This document shows, in pieces, positions 1 to 10,112 of a DNA stretch of 64,000 bases. Origin of the DNA: an uncultured Nitrososphaerota archaeon (lineage in GTDB: Archaea; Thermoproteota; Nitrososphaeria; Nitrososphaerales; Nitrosopumilaceae); the NCBI GenBank assembly GCA_963701075.1, contig OY969559.1, forward strand, positions 1,824,001 to 1,888,000, read 5' to 3'. Below the pieces are notes generated by a model. That model was not told the DNA's origin and did not search any database. It saw only the letters and a program-made list of their open reading frames with translations. The position numbers and the translations under genes were made by a program. The stretch's first letter is position 1; every line of letters starts with the position of its first letter.

Positions 1-497
1 TTACTTTGGCATTGCTTCCATTCTTTTTCTTTGCCTCATTAATTTTCTTGTGCAAGTATGCATTGTAATATTCATCATATGATGTCTGCTTGCGACCATA
101 AGTGAATGTCATTGTAACTGGGCCCATTCCTAGCGGGTCCATTTCATATGTACCGACAACTTCTGTCTCAGGACCGATGAATTTACCAATGTGATCTGGA
201 TGAGCCACCACAACATCTTCTCGTCTGTAACCATCTCTCAATAATGCGGCTTCTAAGCTTTCGTAGTCCATATGGCGCATAGTTGGCAACTCCATTAGTA
301 TGAGTTATAGGATTACAAATGAAATCAAAGAGTACCTTAGGAGTTACTTGATCTTTTAAAAGGAAATACCACATGCTGTTTTTTGGTCTGTGCGGATCAA
401 TTGCAGGAGCACACCCAAAGAATGTAGCTAATGATATCCCACGATAGGGGGACATGAGTGTACGATCAGCACTTAAGACAACTTTTGGGTGACCCAA
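1..497 (-). CDS. B12-binding radical SAM protein, N-terminal part (runs off the window; +1 frameshift near 256)
   Basis: VVLSADRTLMS...APYGLRKL continues in another frame as EAALLRDGY..DVVVAHPDH..IGPETEVVGTYEMDPLGMGP, typical of archaeal B12-binding radical SAM proteins. Confidence 0.7.
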
Positions 498-553
498 TTT
501 TCAATCTCAATGAATTCCTATAGCATTTTAAGGTTTCTTGTATTTCCAAGAGC

Positions 554-1372
554 CTAATAGTTCTCTAACATGCCTGACTTGCTTCTGTGAGTGTACCCAA
601 ATTCCTTGTTTGTAAGTAAATATTGACTGTTGAATACCGTACCATCTTTGCATGCCAGTACATCGCCAAAGCAACAACTTCCACAAAGTCCCATCCCACA
701 CTTCATCATTCTCTCAATACTGGCTTCAGCATAGATCTTGTTTTGAGAAGCTAGTTGCATCACCTTGTGCATCATTTTTTCAGGTCCGCAGGTATAAACT
801 GCATCAAACGCATTTTCTTTGAGCAGTCTTTGCATTGCATCAGTTACAAGTCCTGACTCTCCATATGTTCCATCTTCGGTTACTACAATGACTCTGCGAG
901 GATTTTGCTCTAGAAGTTTATTTGCAAGTCCTTCAAAGAAAACCTCTTGTTTTGTTTTAGCACCCATTATTACGGTCACATTATCAGTCTTTTTCAAAAA
1001 TGTCGCAAGTCTCATAAGAGGAACAAGTCCCGTACCTCCACCTACAAGCAACAATCTTCCCTGCAGTATAGTAAAGGAATTTCCATATGGACCTCTAACT
1101 CCAATTTGGTCACCTGATTTCACAGAGTAAAGCGCTGTGGAAGCCAAACCATGCTTTCTAACCGTAAAAGCAGCTTTTCCTTTTTCTTGCGATATCATTA
1201 CACTCATTGGCAGCTCGTTTACTCCTGGGATCCAAACCATTGCAAATTGCCCAGGCAATACTTTTGACAGAAGATCATCAGAAAAAACCAGAGTACGCAC
1301 AGTTGGAGTCTCGTCAATTATCTTTTCAATTGTAACTATTGTTGGGTAATCAGTATTTCTTTGCAATTCCAA
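554..1372 (-). CDS. pyrK: Dihydroorotate dehydrogenase electron transfer subunit
   Basis: PGQFAMVW, RGPYG, GGGTG, CGPEKMM and 2Fe-2S motif CGMGLCGSC..C; follows pyrD; start placed at TTG 1372. Confidence 0.93.
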   Translation of the reverse strand: MELQRNTDYPTIVTIEKIIDETPTVRTLVFSDDLLSKVLPGQFAMVWIPGVNELPMSVMISQEKGKAAFTVRKHGLASTALYSVKSGDQIGVRGPYGNSFTILQGRLLLVGGGTGLVPLMRLATFLKKTDNVTVIMGAKTKQEVFFEGLANKLLEQNPRRVIVVTEDGTYGESGLVTDAMQRLLKENAFDAVYTCGPEKMMHKVMQLASQNKIYAEASIERMMKCGMGLCGSCCFGDVLACKDGTVFNSQYLLTNKEFGYTHRSKSGMLENY

Positions 1373-2258
1373 CCATGTCACCAATTTTCTGAAAATTTTT
1401 CTTTTCCATGTATTTTGATATTCCACTATTTACTTCAGAGAATGTTCCACCCAATTTTTCCGCGACAGCGCTGCCAATCTGAACTGCGCTAGCACCTCCG
1501 AGTATAAATTCAACTGCATCTTCCCAACTTGACACCCCGCCGCAACCAATAACTGGAATGTCAAATTTTGACGATATTTCGTAAACACATCGTACTGCGA
1601 TTGGCTTTATTGGGGTACCCGATAGTCCACCTATCTTGTGACTTAGGACTGGTCGTGTAGTTTCAACATCAATTGCCATTGCCCTTACTGTATTTATTGC
1701 AGTTATGGCATCGATTCCTGCTTCGCAAGACGCTCTCACTGTTTCAAGATAGTCAGACGAGCCAAGACCGACTTTGGATATTACTGGAACCTTTGATGCT
1801 TTTTTTACCTCTTTGACTATTTTTTGTACAAGGTTAGGATCATCTCCAACTTCAAGCCCTACTTTTTCTACATGAGGACATGACAAGTTCAGCTCATATG
1901 CCAGAACTTTGACGTTCTCAAATTGTTTTATCATAAAAGTAAAGTCTTCTGGAACAGACCCGACCAAGCTAACAACAATTGGAACTGTTGTGTTAGATAA
2001 GATCATCTTGGCAAAGTAGGAAGCACCGGGATTTGAAAGTCCGACAGCGTTTAGGTATCCGCTTTTTACTCCAATTACAGTAGGATTTGGATATCCCTCC
2101 CAAGGCTCTTTGCTGAGTGATTTTGTTACAAGCGCACCTGCTCCTTCCTTATATAAGCGAGCAAAAACTTCAAGCGATATGCCAAGAATACCGGAGGCAA
2201 GCATTGTGGGTCGTTCAAGTGATATTGGCCCCACATTTGTAGAGATGTCGGGATTCAC
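1350..2258 (-). CDS. pyrD: Dihydroorotate dehydrogenase (family 1B) catalytic subunit
   Basis: NAVGLSNPG, ELNLSCPH, GGLSG, IGCGGV motifs. Confidence 0.95.
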   Translation of the reverse strand: MNPDISTNVGPISLERPTMLASGILGISLEVFARLYKEGAGALVTKSLSKEPWEGYPNPTVIGVKSGYLNAVGLSNPGASYFAKMILSNTTVPIVVSLVGSVPEDFTFMIKQFENVKVLAYELNLSCPHVEKVGLEVGDDPNLVQKIVKEVKKASKVPVISKVGLGSSDYLETVRASCEAGIDAITAINTVRAMAIDVETTRPVLSHKIGGLSGTPIKPIAVRCVYEISSKFDIPVIGCGGVSSWEDAVEFILGGASAVQIGSAVAEKLGGTFSEVNSGISKYMEKKNFQKIGDMVGIAKKY

Positions 2259-2331
2259 TTCTAATTATAAAAAATGTTTGTCTTATAACAGTTGATGCAG
2301 GGCAGCCCAATGTTACCTTTTTTAGTAAGAC

Positions 2332-3606
2332 ATGAAAATGCTCTGTATGCATTCTGTGATTCTAACAGAGCTCGGTGTTGCAATTTTTGATAACAACAAA
2401 TGTGTAAAATCATTCCCGTTTAGAAATCCTGCAAAGGAGTACATCGAACTAAAAAAGGAAATGTCCAACATTAATGAACTTGAACAATTCCTTTCCAAGA
2501 TAGGAACAAGCGTATCTGTCAATGATACAAGCCTTCTCAAAATTCTAAAGAAAAGATCAATAGATGCGGAACTTATGGAGGAAAATAAGATTGAAACAAT
2601 CCAGTCTTCCAAACTTAGAGTACTTGTAGACTCGGGTTTTGCAACAGATGAAGGTGACGCAAGAGGAAAACTAAGAGAGTTTGCAATGCAACTTTCTTCT
2701 TCAAAGGTTACAGAGATCTCCGAGAGTCCAGATCTTCACATTATTCAAGCTATTGGCGCATTAGATGAGACTGATAAAATAATCAACCTGTTAAGCTCAA
2801 GACTTAGAGAGTGGTATGGTCTTCACTTTCCAGAGCTAGATAATCTAATTGATACAATCATAGGTTATTCTAAAATAGTTCTGGCAGGCAGTAGGGACAA
2901 CCTCAATCAACAGGTGTATGTCGATGCAGGATTTCCTGACGAAAAGGTAGAGATGTTATCTCTCTTGCAAGCAAAAAGCAGGGGAGGACAAATTTCCAAT
3001 GAAAATCTCGCCATAGCACAAAGCATTGCAAAACAAATCTTGGAACTATCTGAGTTAAGAACCAATTTAGAAAAACACATAGAGAATCAGATGCAGGTAA
3101 TAGCCCCAAACCTTTCTGGAATTTTAGGAACTTCGGTTGGAGCCAGAATACTTGGAAGAGCAGGCAGCCTCAGAAGATTAGCTACCATGCCTGCAAGTAC
3201 AATTCAGGTCCTAGGTGCAGAAAAAGCACTTTTCCGAGCTCTGAAGACTGGCGCTCAACCTCCAAAACATGGCCTATTGTTTCAACACACTCTAGTTCAT
3301 GCTGCTCCAAAGTGGCAGCGGGGTAAGATTGCAAGGGCAATAGCAGCCAAGGCAGCACTTGCTGCAAGAGTAGATGTTTTCGGGGCAGGAAGAAACGATA
3401 CGCTCTTTGAAAAATTAAATGTAAGAATTAAGGAGATTGGAGAAAAATACAAGGATCCTCCACCTGAGAGACCAGCACCACCCATGCAACAACGTAGACC
3501 GTTTGAACAAAGAGGAGGAAGACGCGGTGACTTTGGCAGACAAAGAGACAAAAAGAACGACTGGCAAAAGTCAAAACGAAGGAAATTTGGAAAACGAAGA
3601 GGATAA
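2332..3606 (+). CDS. nop5: Box C/D RNP protein Nop5 (Nop56/58)
   Basis: LREWYGLHFPEL, PASTIQVLGAEKALF, PKHGLLFQH; upstream of fibrillarin. Confidence 0.95.
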   Translation: MKMLCMHSVILTELGVAIFDNNKCVKSFPFRNPAKEYIELKKEMSNINELEQFLSKIGTSVSVNDTSLLKILKKRSIDAELMEENKIETIQSSKLRVLVDSGFATDEGDARGKLREFAMQLSSSKVTEISESPDLHIIQAIGALDETDKIINLLSSRLREWYGLHFPELDNLIDTIIGYSKIVLAGSRDNLNQQVYVDAGFPDEKVEMLSLLQAKSRGGQISNENLAIAQSIAKQILELSELRTNLEKHIENQMQVIAPNLSGILGTSVGARILGRAGSLRRLATMPASTIQVLGAEKALFRALKTGAQPPKHGLLFQHTLVHAAPKWQRGKIARAIAAKAALAARVDVFGAGRNDTLFEKLNVRIKEIGEKYKDPPPERPAPPMQQRRPFEQRGGRRGDFGRQRDKKNDWQKSKRRKFGKRRG

Positions 3607-4261
3607 CATTTTCTGGGTTAAAATAGATGGAGAAAAAAGACTCGCAACTTTAAATCTCGTTCCAGGAAATCAAGTTTACAAAGAAAAACTAGTAAAAATT
3701 AAGGATGAGGAGTTCAGGGCATGGGATCCGTACAGAAGCAAGCTTGGCTCAGCCATAATGAACAACCTCAATATTCTTCCAATAGTTAGAAAGTCACGGG
3801 TTCTTTACCTTGGGGTTTCCACTGGAACAACTGCAAGCCATGTTTCAGACATTGTAGGTCCAAGTGGAATCGTATTTTGTGTAGAGCATACAAGCAGAGT
3901 TGCACGAGAATTTCTTGACAGAGTTGCATCTTACAGATCAAACATAGTACCTATTCTCCAAGATGCAAGAAATCCCAAAGAATATTTTTCAGTTTATGGA
4001 GTTGTTGATGTTGTCTATGTTGACATTGCCCAACCAGATCAAACCGAGATTGCCATTTTGAATTGTAAGACATACCTAAAAAAAGACGGCTACCTGATGC
4101 TTGTAGTAAAGTCACGAAGCATAGATGTTACAAAAGATCCCTCAGAAATAACTCGCAATGAGGTTAGGAAACTAAAAGACAATTTTGAGATAGTTCAGGA
4201 GATCAACTTGGCACCTTATGAGAAGGATCATAGCATGATCATTGCCAAATATCTAGGATAG
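3587..4261 (+). CDS. flpA: Fibrillarin rRNA/tRNA 2'-O-methyltransferase
   Basis: WDPYRSKL, VLYLG..TGTTASHVSD, DIAQPDQ; start placed at TTG 3587. Confidence 0.95.
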   Translation: MENEEDNIFWVKIDGEKRLATLNLVPGNQVYKEKLVKIKDEEFRAWDPYRSKLGSAIMNNLNILPIVRKSRVLYLGVSTGTTASHVSDIVGPSGIVFCVEHTSRVAREFLDRVASYRSNIVPILQDARNPKEYFSVYGVVDVVYVDIAQPDQTEIAILNCKTYLKKDGYLMLVVKSRSIDVTKDPSEITRNEVRKLKDNFEIVQEINLAPYEKDHSMIIAKYLG

Positions 4262-4265
4262 TTAT

Positions 4266-4886
4266 TCAGAGTACACCAAGCAAAATCTTGACTGGTTTCC
4301 AGCTCTTTCTTACAAATTTTGGCGGTGTTCCATTCAAGTTAATTGCACCTTTGATAAAATTCATTGTCTTAGAATCTGACGGATAGCCGCTTCCCACATT
4401 GAAATTCTTTTTTATCTTCTCAATGGCCCTGTCTCTGTTTACTTTGGCTATGATAGAAGCTGCAGAGACTACTGGGAATCTTGCGTCAGCGTGATGGCTA
4501 GAGTGCACTTTTTTAATTTGAGCAAGTTTTGAAATCAGCAACCCAAATCTTTTTGGATTTACGTCACATGAGTCAACATATGCTGAATCAGGCTGTAGTT
4601 TAGCAATTACTTTGGCCATGTATTTTCCCTCCAGTTGGTTCAGTTCATTCTTTTTCACACTTTGATCTATCACATGTGGTGGAATTCTTGCCACATAGTA
4701 GTCATCCACTATAGCAAGTATTTTTTTGTATAAATTTTCTCGTGCACGTGGACTGAGTTGCTTTGAGTCTTTGACCCCAATATCAGAGAGTCGTTTTATT
4801 TTGTTGCGCTCAATGCATATACCTGCAATAACAAGCGGGCCGATGACCGATCCCCTTCCAGCGTCATCAACCCCACATACTAACAT
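4266..4886 (-). CDS. rnhB: Ribonuclease HII
   Basis: GVDDAGRGSVIGPL, DSKQL, VSAASIIAKV, GSGYPSD. Confidence 0.95.
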   Translation of the reverse strand: MLVCGVDDAGRGSVIGPLVIAGICIERNKIKRLSDIGVKDSKQLSPRARENLYKKILAIVDDYYVARIPPHVIDQSVKKNELNQLEGKYMAKVIAKLQPDSAYVDSCDVNPKRFGLLISKLAQIKKVHSSHHADARFPVVSAASIIAKVNRDRAIEKIKKNFNVGSGYPSDSKTMNFIKGAINLNGTPPKFVRKSWKPVKILLGVL

Positions 4887-4939
4887 TTGAGTTGTTCTTG
4901 CGTTAGATGTATTAAATCATTTTAGGTTACATCATGTAG

Positions 4940-6070
4940 TTGGAATCAGATCTTGCTGAAATAGTTGAGGGCACCACCAGGCTTCTAGTGCCTAAAGGGT
5001 CATTAGTAGATAAGGTGCCCCCAATGGAACCAGCTTTCTTCAATCCAAGAGCAAGGATAAACAGAGATTTTTCCATAGTAGCATATGCCGCTTTTCTAAG
5101 AACTTTCAAGGGACCCAAAGTCTTTCTTGATTCACTTGCAGGCATAGGTGCAAGAAGTATAAGAGTTGCAAATGAATTAGATTCAATAGAGAAAGTCTTC
5201 GTCAATGATGTAAATCCAAAAGCCCTAGAGATTGCAGAAAACATTGCCAAATTAAACAATGTTACAAATTGCAGTTTCTCAGAAAATGAGGCTTGCAGAT
5301 TTCTTAGTTTACATTCTAAAAGAGAGCACAGAGGAGCAATTGTTGACATTGATCCATTTGGATCTCCATCAAAATATCTCGATTGTGGAATAAGGGCTAC
5401 ATTTCACGGCGGTCTTCTTTCTGTTACGGCTACAGATCTTACAGTATTACATGGCCTATTTCCTGCTGCTTGTAAGCGAAAGTACTATGGCGTACCAGTC
5501 AGGGTGGAGTACGGAGATGAAATCGCACTTAGGTTAATTCTTGGATGCATGAATATAGTTGGAGGAAGGCTAGATGTGAAAATAGTACCTCTGTTTGTAC
5601 AAAATAACATGCATTACTACAAGGCATACGTGAAAGTGCTTGTTAAAACAAGCGACAAGGATGAAATGGGTTACATATTGCATTGTAAAAATTGCGGCAA
5701 CAGACACATTACAAGCGAGGTCAGATACGAATGCGATGTTTGCAAGTTGAAAGCAGAACTTGCAGGTCCACTCTGGATTGGGAGTCTCTACAACAAGGAC
5801 TTTGTAAATGAGATGATTATTGAAGAAAAACAATTTCAGGTAGATAAATCATGCAAGAAGATACTGGAAAAATGTAAAGACGAAATAGATATGCCTCCCA
5901 CATACTTTACAATTGATGAGATAGCTCACATGAAACATTCTGCTCCAATTTCACTGGCAAAAACAATAGAAAAGATCCAGAATGCTGGTTTTAGGGCAAG
6001 TGCAACAAGCCTCAATCCTGCAGCTTTTAAGACAGATGCCCGCGTAGATGAAATCCTGTCTATAATCTAG
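4940..6070 (+). CDS. trm1: tRNA (guanine26-N2)-dimethyltransferase
   Basis: FFNP..RINRD, G+G.RSIR, DIDPFGSP, TATD, GPLW. Confidence 0.92.
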   Translation: MESDLAEIVEGTTRLLVPKGSLVDKVPPMEPAFFNPRARINRDFSIVAYAAFLRTFKGPKVFLDSLAGIGARSIRVANELDSIEKVFVNDVNPKALEIAENIAKLNNVTNCSFSENEACRFLSLHSKREHRGAIVDIDPFGSPSKYLDCGIRATFHGGLLSVTATDLTVLHGLFPAACKRKYYGVPVRVEYGDEIALRLILGCMNIVGGRLDVKIVPLFVQNNMHYYKAYVKVLVKTSDKDEMGYILHCKNCGNRHITSEVRYECDVCKLKAELAGPLWIGSLYNKDFVNEMIIEEKQFQVDKSCKKILEKCKDEIDMPPTYFTIDEIAHMKHSAPISLAKTIEKIQNAGFRASATSLNPAAFKTDARVDEILSII

Positions 6071-6663
6071 TTTCCAAGATATCCCAAGCAGATATGATAC
6101 AATTCACTGCTTGTTCTTCTGCTGGCTTTTGGTTTTTTTAGCTGTACTTTGACAAACTTTTTCTTCACATAGTCTCGAAACTCATTTGAATATTCACCGT
6201 CAAAGACCTTGAACAATGCATTACCTTTTCGTGCAAGAACGTGATCCATTATTTTACTTGCAGCGTAATTCAAAGAGATTTGGCGACCATGATCCATAGA
6301 CCATGTACCGGTAATTTGTGGAGAAATGTCACATATTACAGCATTTACCTTTGTACCAAAATAGTCAAAGATTGATTCCACAATTGATTCATCTTCAATA
6401 TCGCCGCGTATTATGTGAGCATTTGAAATTTCTTCAACAAATGCTTTGTCAATTCCCATAACTTTTCCCCTATTACCTGCTAATTCGAGGGCTACCTGAG
6501 TCCATCCTCCGGGAGAGCATCCCAAATCCAAAACGTAAAATCCCGGTCCAATAATTCTGTAAGAGAGGTTTAACTCTTTGAGCTTGTATGCGGCTCTGCT
6601 CCTATACCCCTCTTGATGAGCTAATCTTCTATACAAGTCACGCCGTGCGTCTATTAGTTTCAT
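6067..6663 (-). CDS. rlmE: 23S rRNA 2'-O-methyltransferase RlmE/FtsJ
   Basis: GYRSRAAYKL, DLGCSPGGW, KPKASR..SSELY. Confidence 0.93.
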   Translation of the reverse strand: MKLIDARRDLYRRLAHQEGYRSRAAYKLKELNLSYRIIGPGFYVLDLGCSPGGWTQVALELAGNRGKVMGIDKAFVEEISNAHIIRGDIEDESIVESIFDYFGTKVNAVICDISPQITGTWSMDHGRQISLNYAASKIMDHVLARKGNALFKVFDGEYSNEFRDYVKKKFVKVQLKKPKASRRTSSELYHICLGYLGN

Positions 6664-7247
6664 TTCTTTGTCTTTTTAGAATTTCCAAATTCAGTTAAGA
6701 CCCATTGTTCTATAAGAGGACAGGTTCGTGGGCTTACTTCACCTTCTAGCGTGCACTTTGGTTCAACAGGACAGATAAGACATGGTGCAGATTCTATCGA
6801 TAGAGTGCTGACAGGAACATGAGCAATCTTAAGTTTGTATGTCCATCTTCCATCTTCTAAAATCTTTTCTCTTTTGATCAGGTGTTGTCTTTCAAGTTTT
6901 AGAGCAAGTCTTGAGCCATCTCGGATTGAAAGTTTGAGTTTCTTCCATAATTCGCTTTGAAACATACCGTCATCGCCACGTTTTGCAACATGGGCAAGTA
7001 CTGTTGTTTTGAGTTTTTCCATGTCCAGTCCTTCAATCTCAAAGTTTTCAATCTCTTTTTCATCAATTTCCTCAAGTTCCTCTTCAGTAGGTTCCACTTG
7101 TTTCTTCTTTGACTCGGAAATCTTCTTTTTGTCTGCCTTTGAGGGCATTTTCTTTGCTTCTGCTTTCTTTTCTTCTGACTTTTTTACCTCTACTACTTTC
7201 TTTACTTCAGTTTTCTTTGATGATTTTTTCTCTTTCTTTTTAGCCAT
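6660..7247 (-). CDS. Winged-helix protein with C-terminal Cys cluster; RPC34-like / TFE-beta homologue
   Basis: wHTH (QSELWKKLKL..RDGSRLALKLE) then APCLICP...C....VSPRTC..IEQW Fe-S-type motif; Lys/Glu-rich N-terminal tail. Confidence 0.7.
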   Translation of the reverse strand: MAKKKEKKSSKKTEVKKVVEVKKSEEKKAEAKKMPSKADKKKISESKKKQVEPTEEELEEIDEKEIENFEIEGLDMEKLKTTVLAHVAKRGDDGMFQSELWKKLKLSIRDGSRLALKLERQHLIKREKILEDGRWTYKLKIAHVPVSTLSIESAPCLICPVEPKCTLEGEVSPRTCPLIEQWVLTEFGNSKKTKK

Positions 7248-7322
7248 AATTATATCTCAATAACAATAACGTTACTCCTCACTGATACTTGGTTGATTGC
7301 AATATAATAACATATGATTCAA

Positions 7323-7802
7323 TTATTGAACGTTAAATGTAGCAGTCACGTTTATGTCATTCTGATATGATTTATCCTTCATATCTGCCACAATCTGATA
7401 GGTTCCAGTACTATTGATAACTGGAGAAAACATCGCATGAAGTGGGAGTGTAGAATTTGTTTGTACAAAGCACTGTGAAAAGTAGGCGTTCTGGTCTATG
7501 GCTTGTTTTGGAGAGGTCTGCAAATTATAGACTGTCATGTACAAGTCACCACAGTCAAAAGAAGTGTTGTTTACTCTTACAGTGAAGTTTAACGGTACAG
7601 ATACTGGATATGAATTCGAAAAATTCACTATTTTGATATCTTTGCTGCCCTCCTGGGTAGGCTGGGCTACAAAGTTAAGCTGCCACATGTTTAGTTGTCT
7701 ATCAGGTTGTGCCAAAACGTTTGACAAAACAAATCCACCAAGAATTACTGAAATTACTACAGGGAGTACGAAAACAACATAAACTATTTTCCTTGCAGCC
7801 AT
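7323..7802 (-). CDS. Membrane-anchored hypothetical protein
   Basis: N-terminal hydrophobic helix followed by a beta-rich extracellular-like domain. Confidence 0.7.
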   Translation of the reverse strand: MAARKIVYVVFVLPVVISVILGGFVLSNVLAQPDRQLNMWQLNFVAQPTQEGSKDIKIVNFSNSYPVSVPLNFTVRVNNTSFDCGDLYMTVYNLQTSPKQAIDQNAYFSQCFVQTNSTLPLHAMFSPVINSTGTYQIVADMKDKSYQNDINVTATFNVQ

Positions 7803-7910
7803 TTTGTAATCTAACCGCTTGAATTCCCTTATATCTATTTGGTCAGAAAATGAATTCTCATGATAATTTTGACGAATAAGTTAAATCACAGACTGGGCAA
7901 TAGCCGCTAG

Positions 7911-9997
7911 ATGCGACTTAGGAAATTTAGAGTTAGATCTTATCGTTGCATTCATGATTCGGGGGAGATTAAAGTTGGAGACTTGGCTGCATTTGTAGGA
8001 AGAAATGAGAGTGGCAAGACAACAATACTTGAGGCTCTTACTCTACTAAATAAAGATCAAAAGGTTTCAGAGTTAGATCTCTGTGACGAAATGTCTGAGG
8101 AATTAAAATCCGAAGTTAAACTTGCTGAAGGAGACTTTGACCTAAATGAAAAAGAGATTGCGCTAATTAGAGAAAAATTCCCAAATCTCCAGGATATAAG
8201 AAAAGTTAAGATTTACAGGACAAACAAGAACCCCCGCGTTCAGTATGACTTTGGAGACGTTAAGATAAGTGGAGAGGCAAGCAAGCGGCTCAATTCATGG
8301 GAAAATTTTGCAGATAGAATACAGGATTTTGTCAATTCCATGCCAAACCCCATTAGAATACGCGTTGATACAAAATTTCTATTAGGATCTCCCCCAAGGA
8401 CAAGAGACGTTTTCATGAACATGATGTCAGAATTTAACAATAATATTTACTTGCTTGCCTCAGAGGATCCACGGATAATATCAGAGTGGAAAAAGATCTA
8501 CCAAGATTTGGACTACATATTTGATAATATGTTGGTAGGAACAACTGAAAAGTCTGCCTTGGAGAATTTTGTTGAAGATAAATTACATCCAAGATTTGTC
8601 TACTTTTCTGATTACAAAAAAATACTTGGAAACATTGACCTTGAAGAATTCGTGAGAGAAACAAAGGGGATTAGAGCCAAAGGATTGGAGTATGTTGAAG
8701 AGTTTGACAAAGTCGAAACTGTTATGAATTTGTTTTACTTGGCAGAACTTGATGCAAAAAAGCTCGAAGAGGCTCAAGGTAGCCCTTCAAAACTGATAAA
8801 GCTGCTTCACACTTCAAGCAGAAAGCTTAGTGATAGACTCAATCCTGCATGGAAGGGCGATCCCATTCATGTAGAACTAAGATGGAATCCGGGAAACATT
8901 TTGAGTGTTGTAATATCTGACGTTCACAAGGATGGAACTGTCACCAATACAGGTCTTTTGAATAGGAGAGCTGAAGGATTCAAGTGGACATTTTCTTTCA
9001 TAGTAAACTTTGCAGCAGAAACTCAAAAAGCTGACTAAAAGAAGCAATATTATTGCTTGACGAGCCAGCAAGAAACTTACATCCTGCACAACAAAGAGGC
9101 ATATCTGATCTTCTCAAAGGTCTTGCCGGGTCCAATCAAATACTATATGCCACTCATTCACCGTTTATGATATTTGATTACACTCCTGGAAATCTTTTGG
9201 TAGTCGAACTTGATAAGAGAAAACACCTAAGTCATATTTACTATGATTACTGGAATGCAGATGATCAGACATTAATTCCCATATTATATGGTCTTGCAAG
9301 GGGATTAACAGAATCTATCGTTGACAGACAAATTGGATTTAATTCAAGACCAGTCATTATTGTTGAAACAATGTCAGATTGTACGTATCTAAATGCATTT
9401 GATAAATTTCTCAAAGATCCAAATCTATCCATGAATCCATTGAATGTAGTTCCAGTCTACAGTAAAAACTCCGTCATGCCATTAGCCACATTTTACAGAA
9501 ATCACGGATATGACACGTTTGTGTTGCTTGACAATACAGATGAATCTAGTCAGATCTCCACACAGCTTGAATCAAATCAATTCAAAAAGGTGCAAATGAT
9601 ATTCTTTGAGCTTGGCGGACAAACAAAGCAGTTCTTGGAAGATTTGATAATGGATGAAGATTATTTGTATGCCGTGAATCAAACATATGAAATAAAACTA
9701 AGAAAAGAAGGATACAAAGCTCTAACTAAAGAAGTGGTTTCATCCAAGGGAAAAAGAAGCATGGTAGATAATCTAAATGAGATTTGGAAGGAAAACCAGC
9801 ATCTTGGATGGGAGAAATTTGATAGAGAGGAGATATGCAGATACATCTGTGAAAAAATTGCCATAGGTGAAACTGACTTTTTGACAGATAAAACAAAAGA
9901 CCAGTTTAGGACACTATATAGGCTAATAGCTGAGCGTATAAGACAGAATCAAAATCTAGGCTCACCGACAAGCCTCACCTACTCACGACGAGAGTAA
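7911..9997 (+). CDS. OLD-like ABC ATPase with TOPRIM-type C-terminal region (frameshift near 9035)
   Basis: Walker A GRNESGKTT; Walker B LLLDEP and ATHSPF lie in the second frame; VIIVE..SD and LLDN TOPRIM-like motifs; one added base restores A-E/D-LKEAILLLDEP. Confidence 0.75.
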
Positions 9998-10112
9998 CTT
10001 GACTGTTTTTTAGAATATCTACTTTACTCATAAATCACACTCAAGCAGAAACGACAATGAATGATTTATCATTAAGATTTAATTTAGAGACTGGTTGTTC
10101 TTTCGTTGAGAA

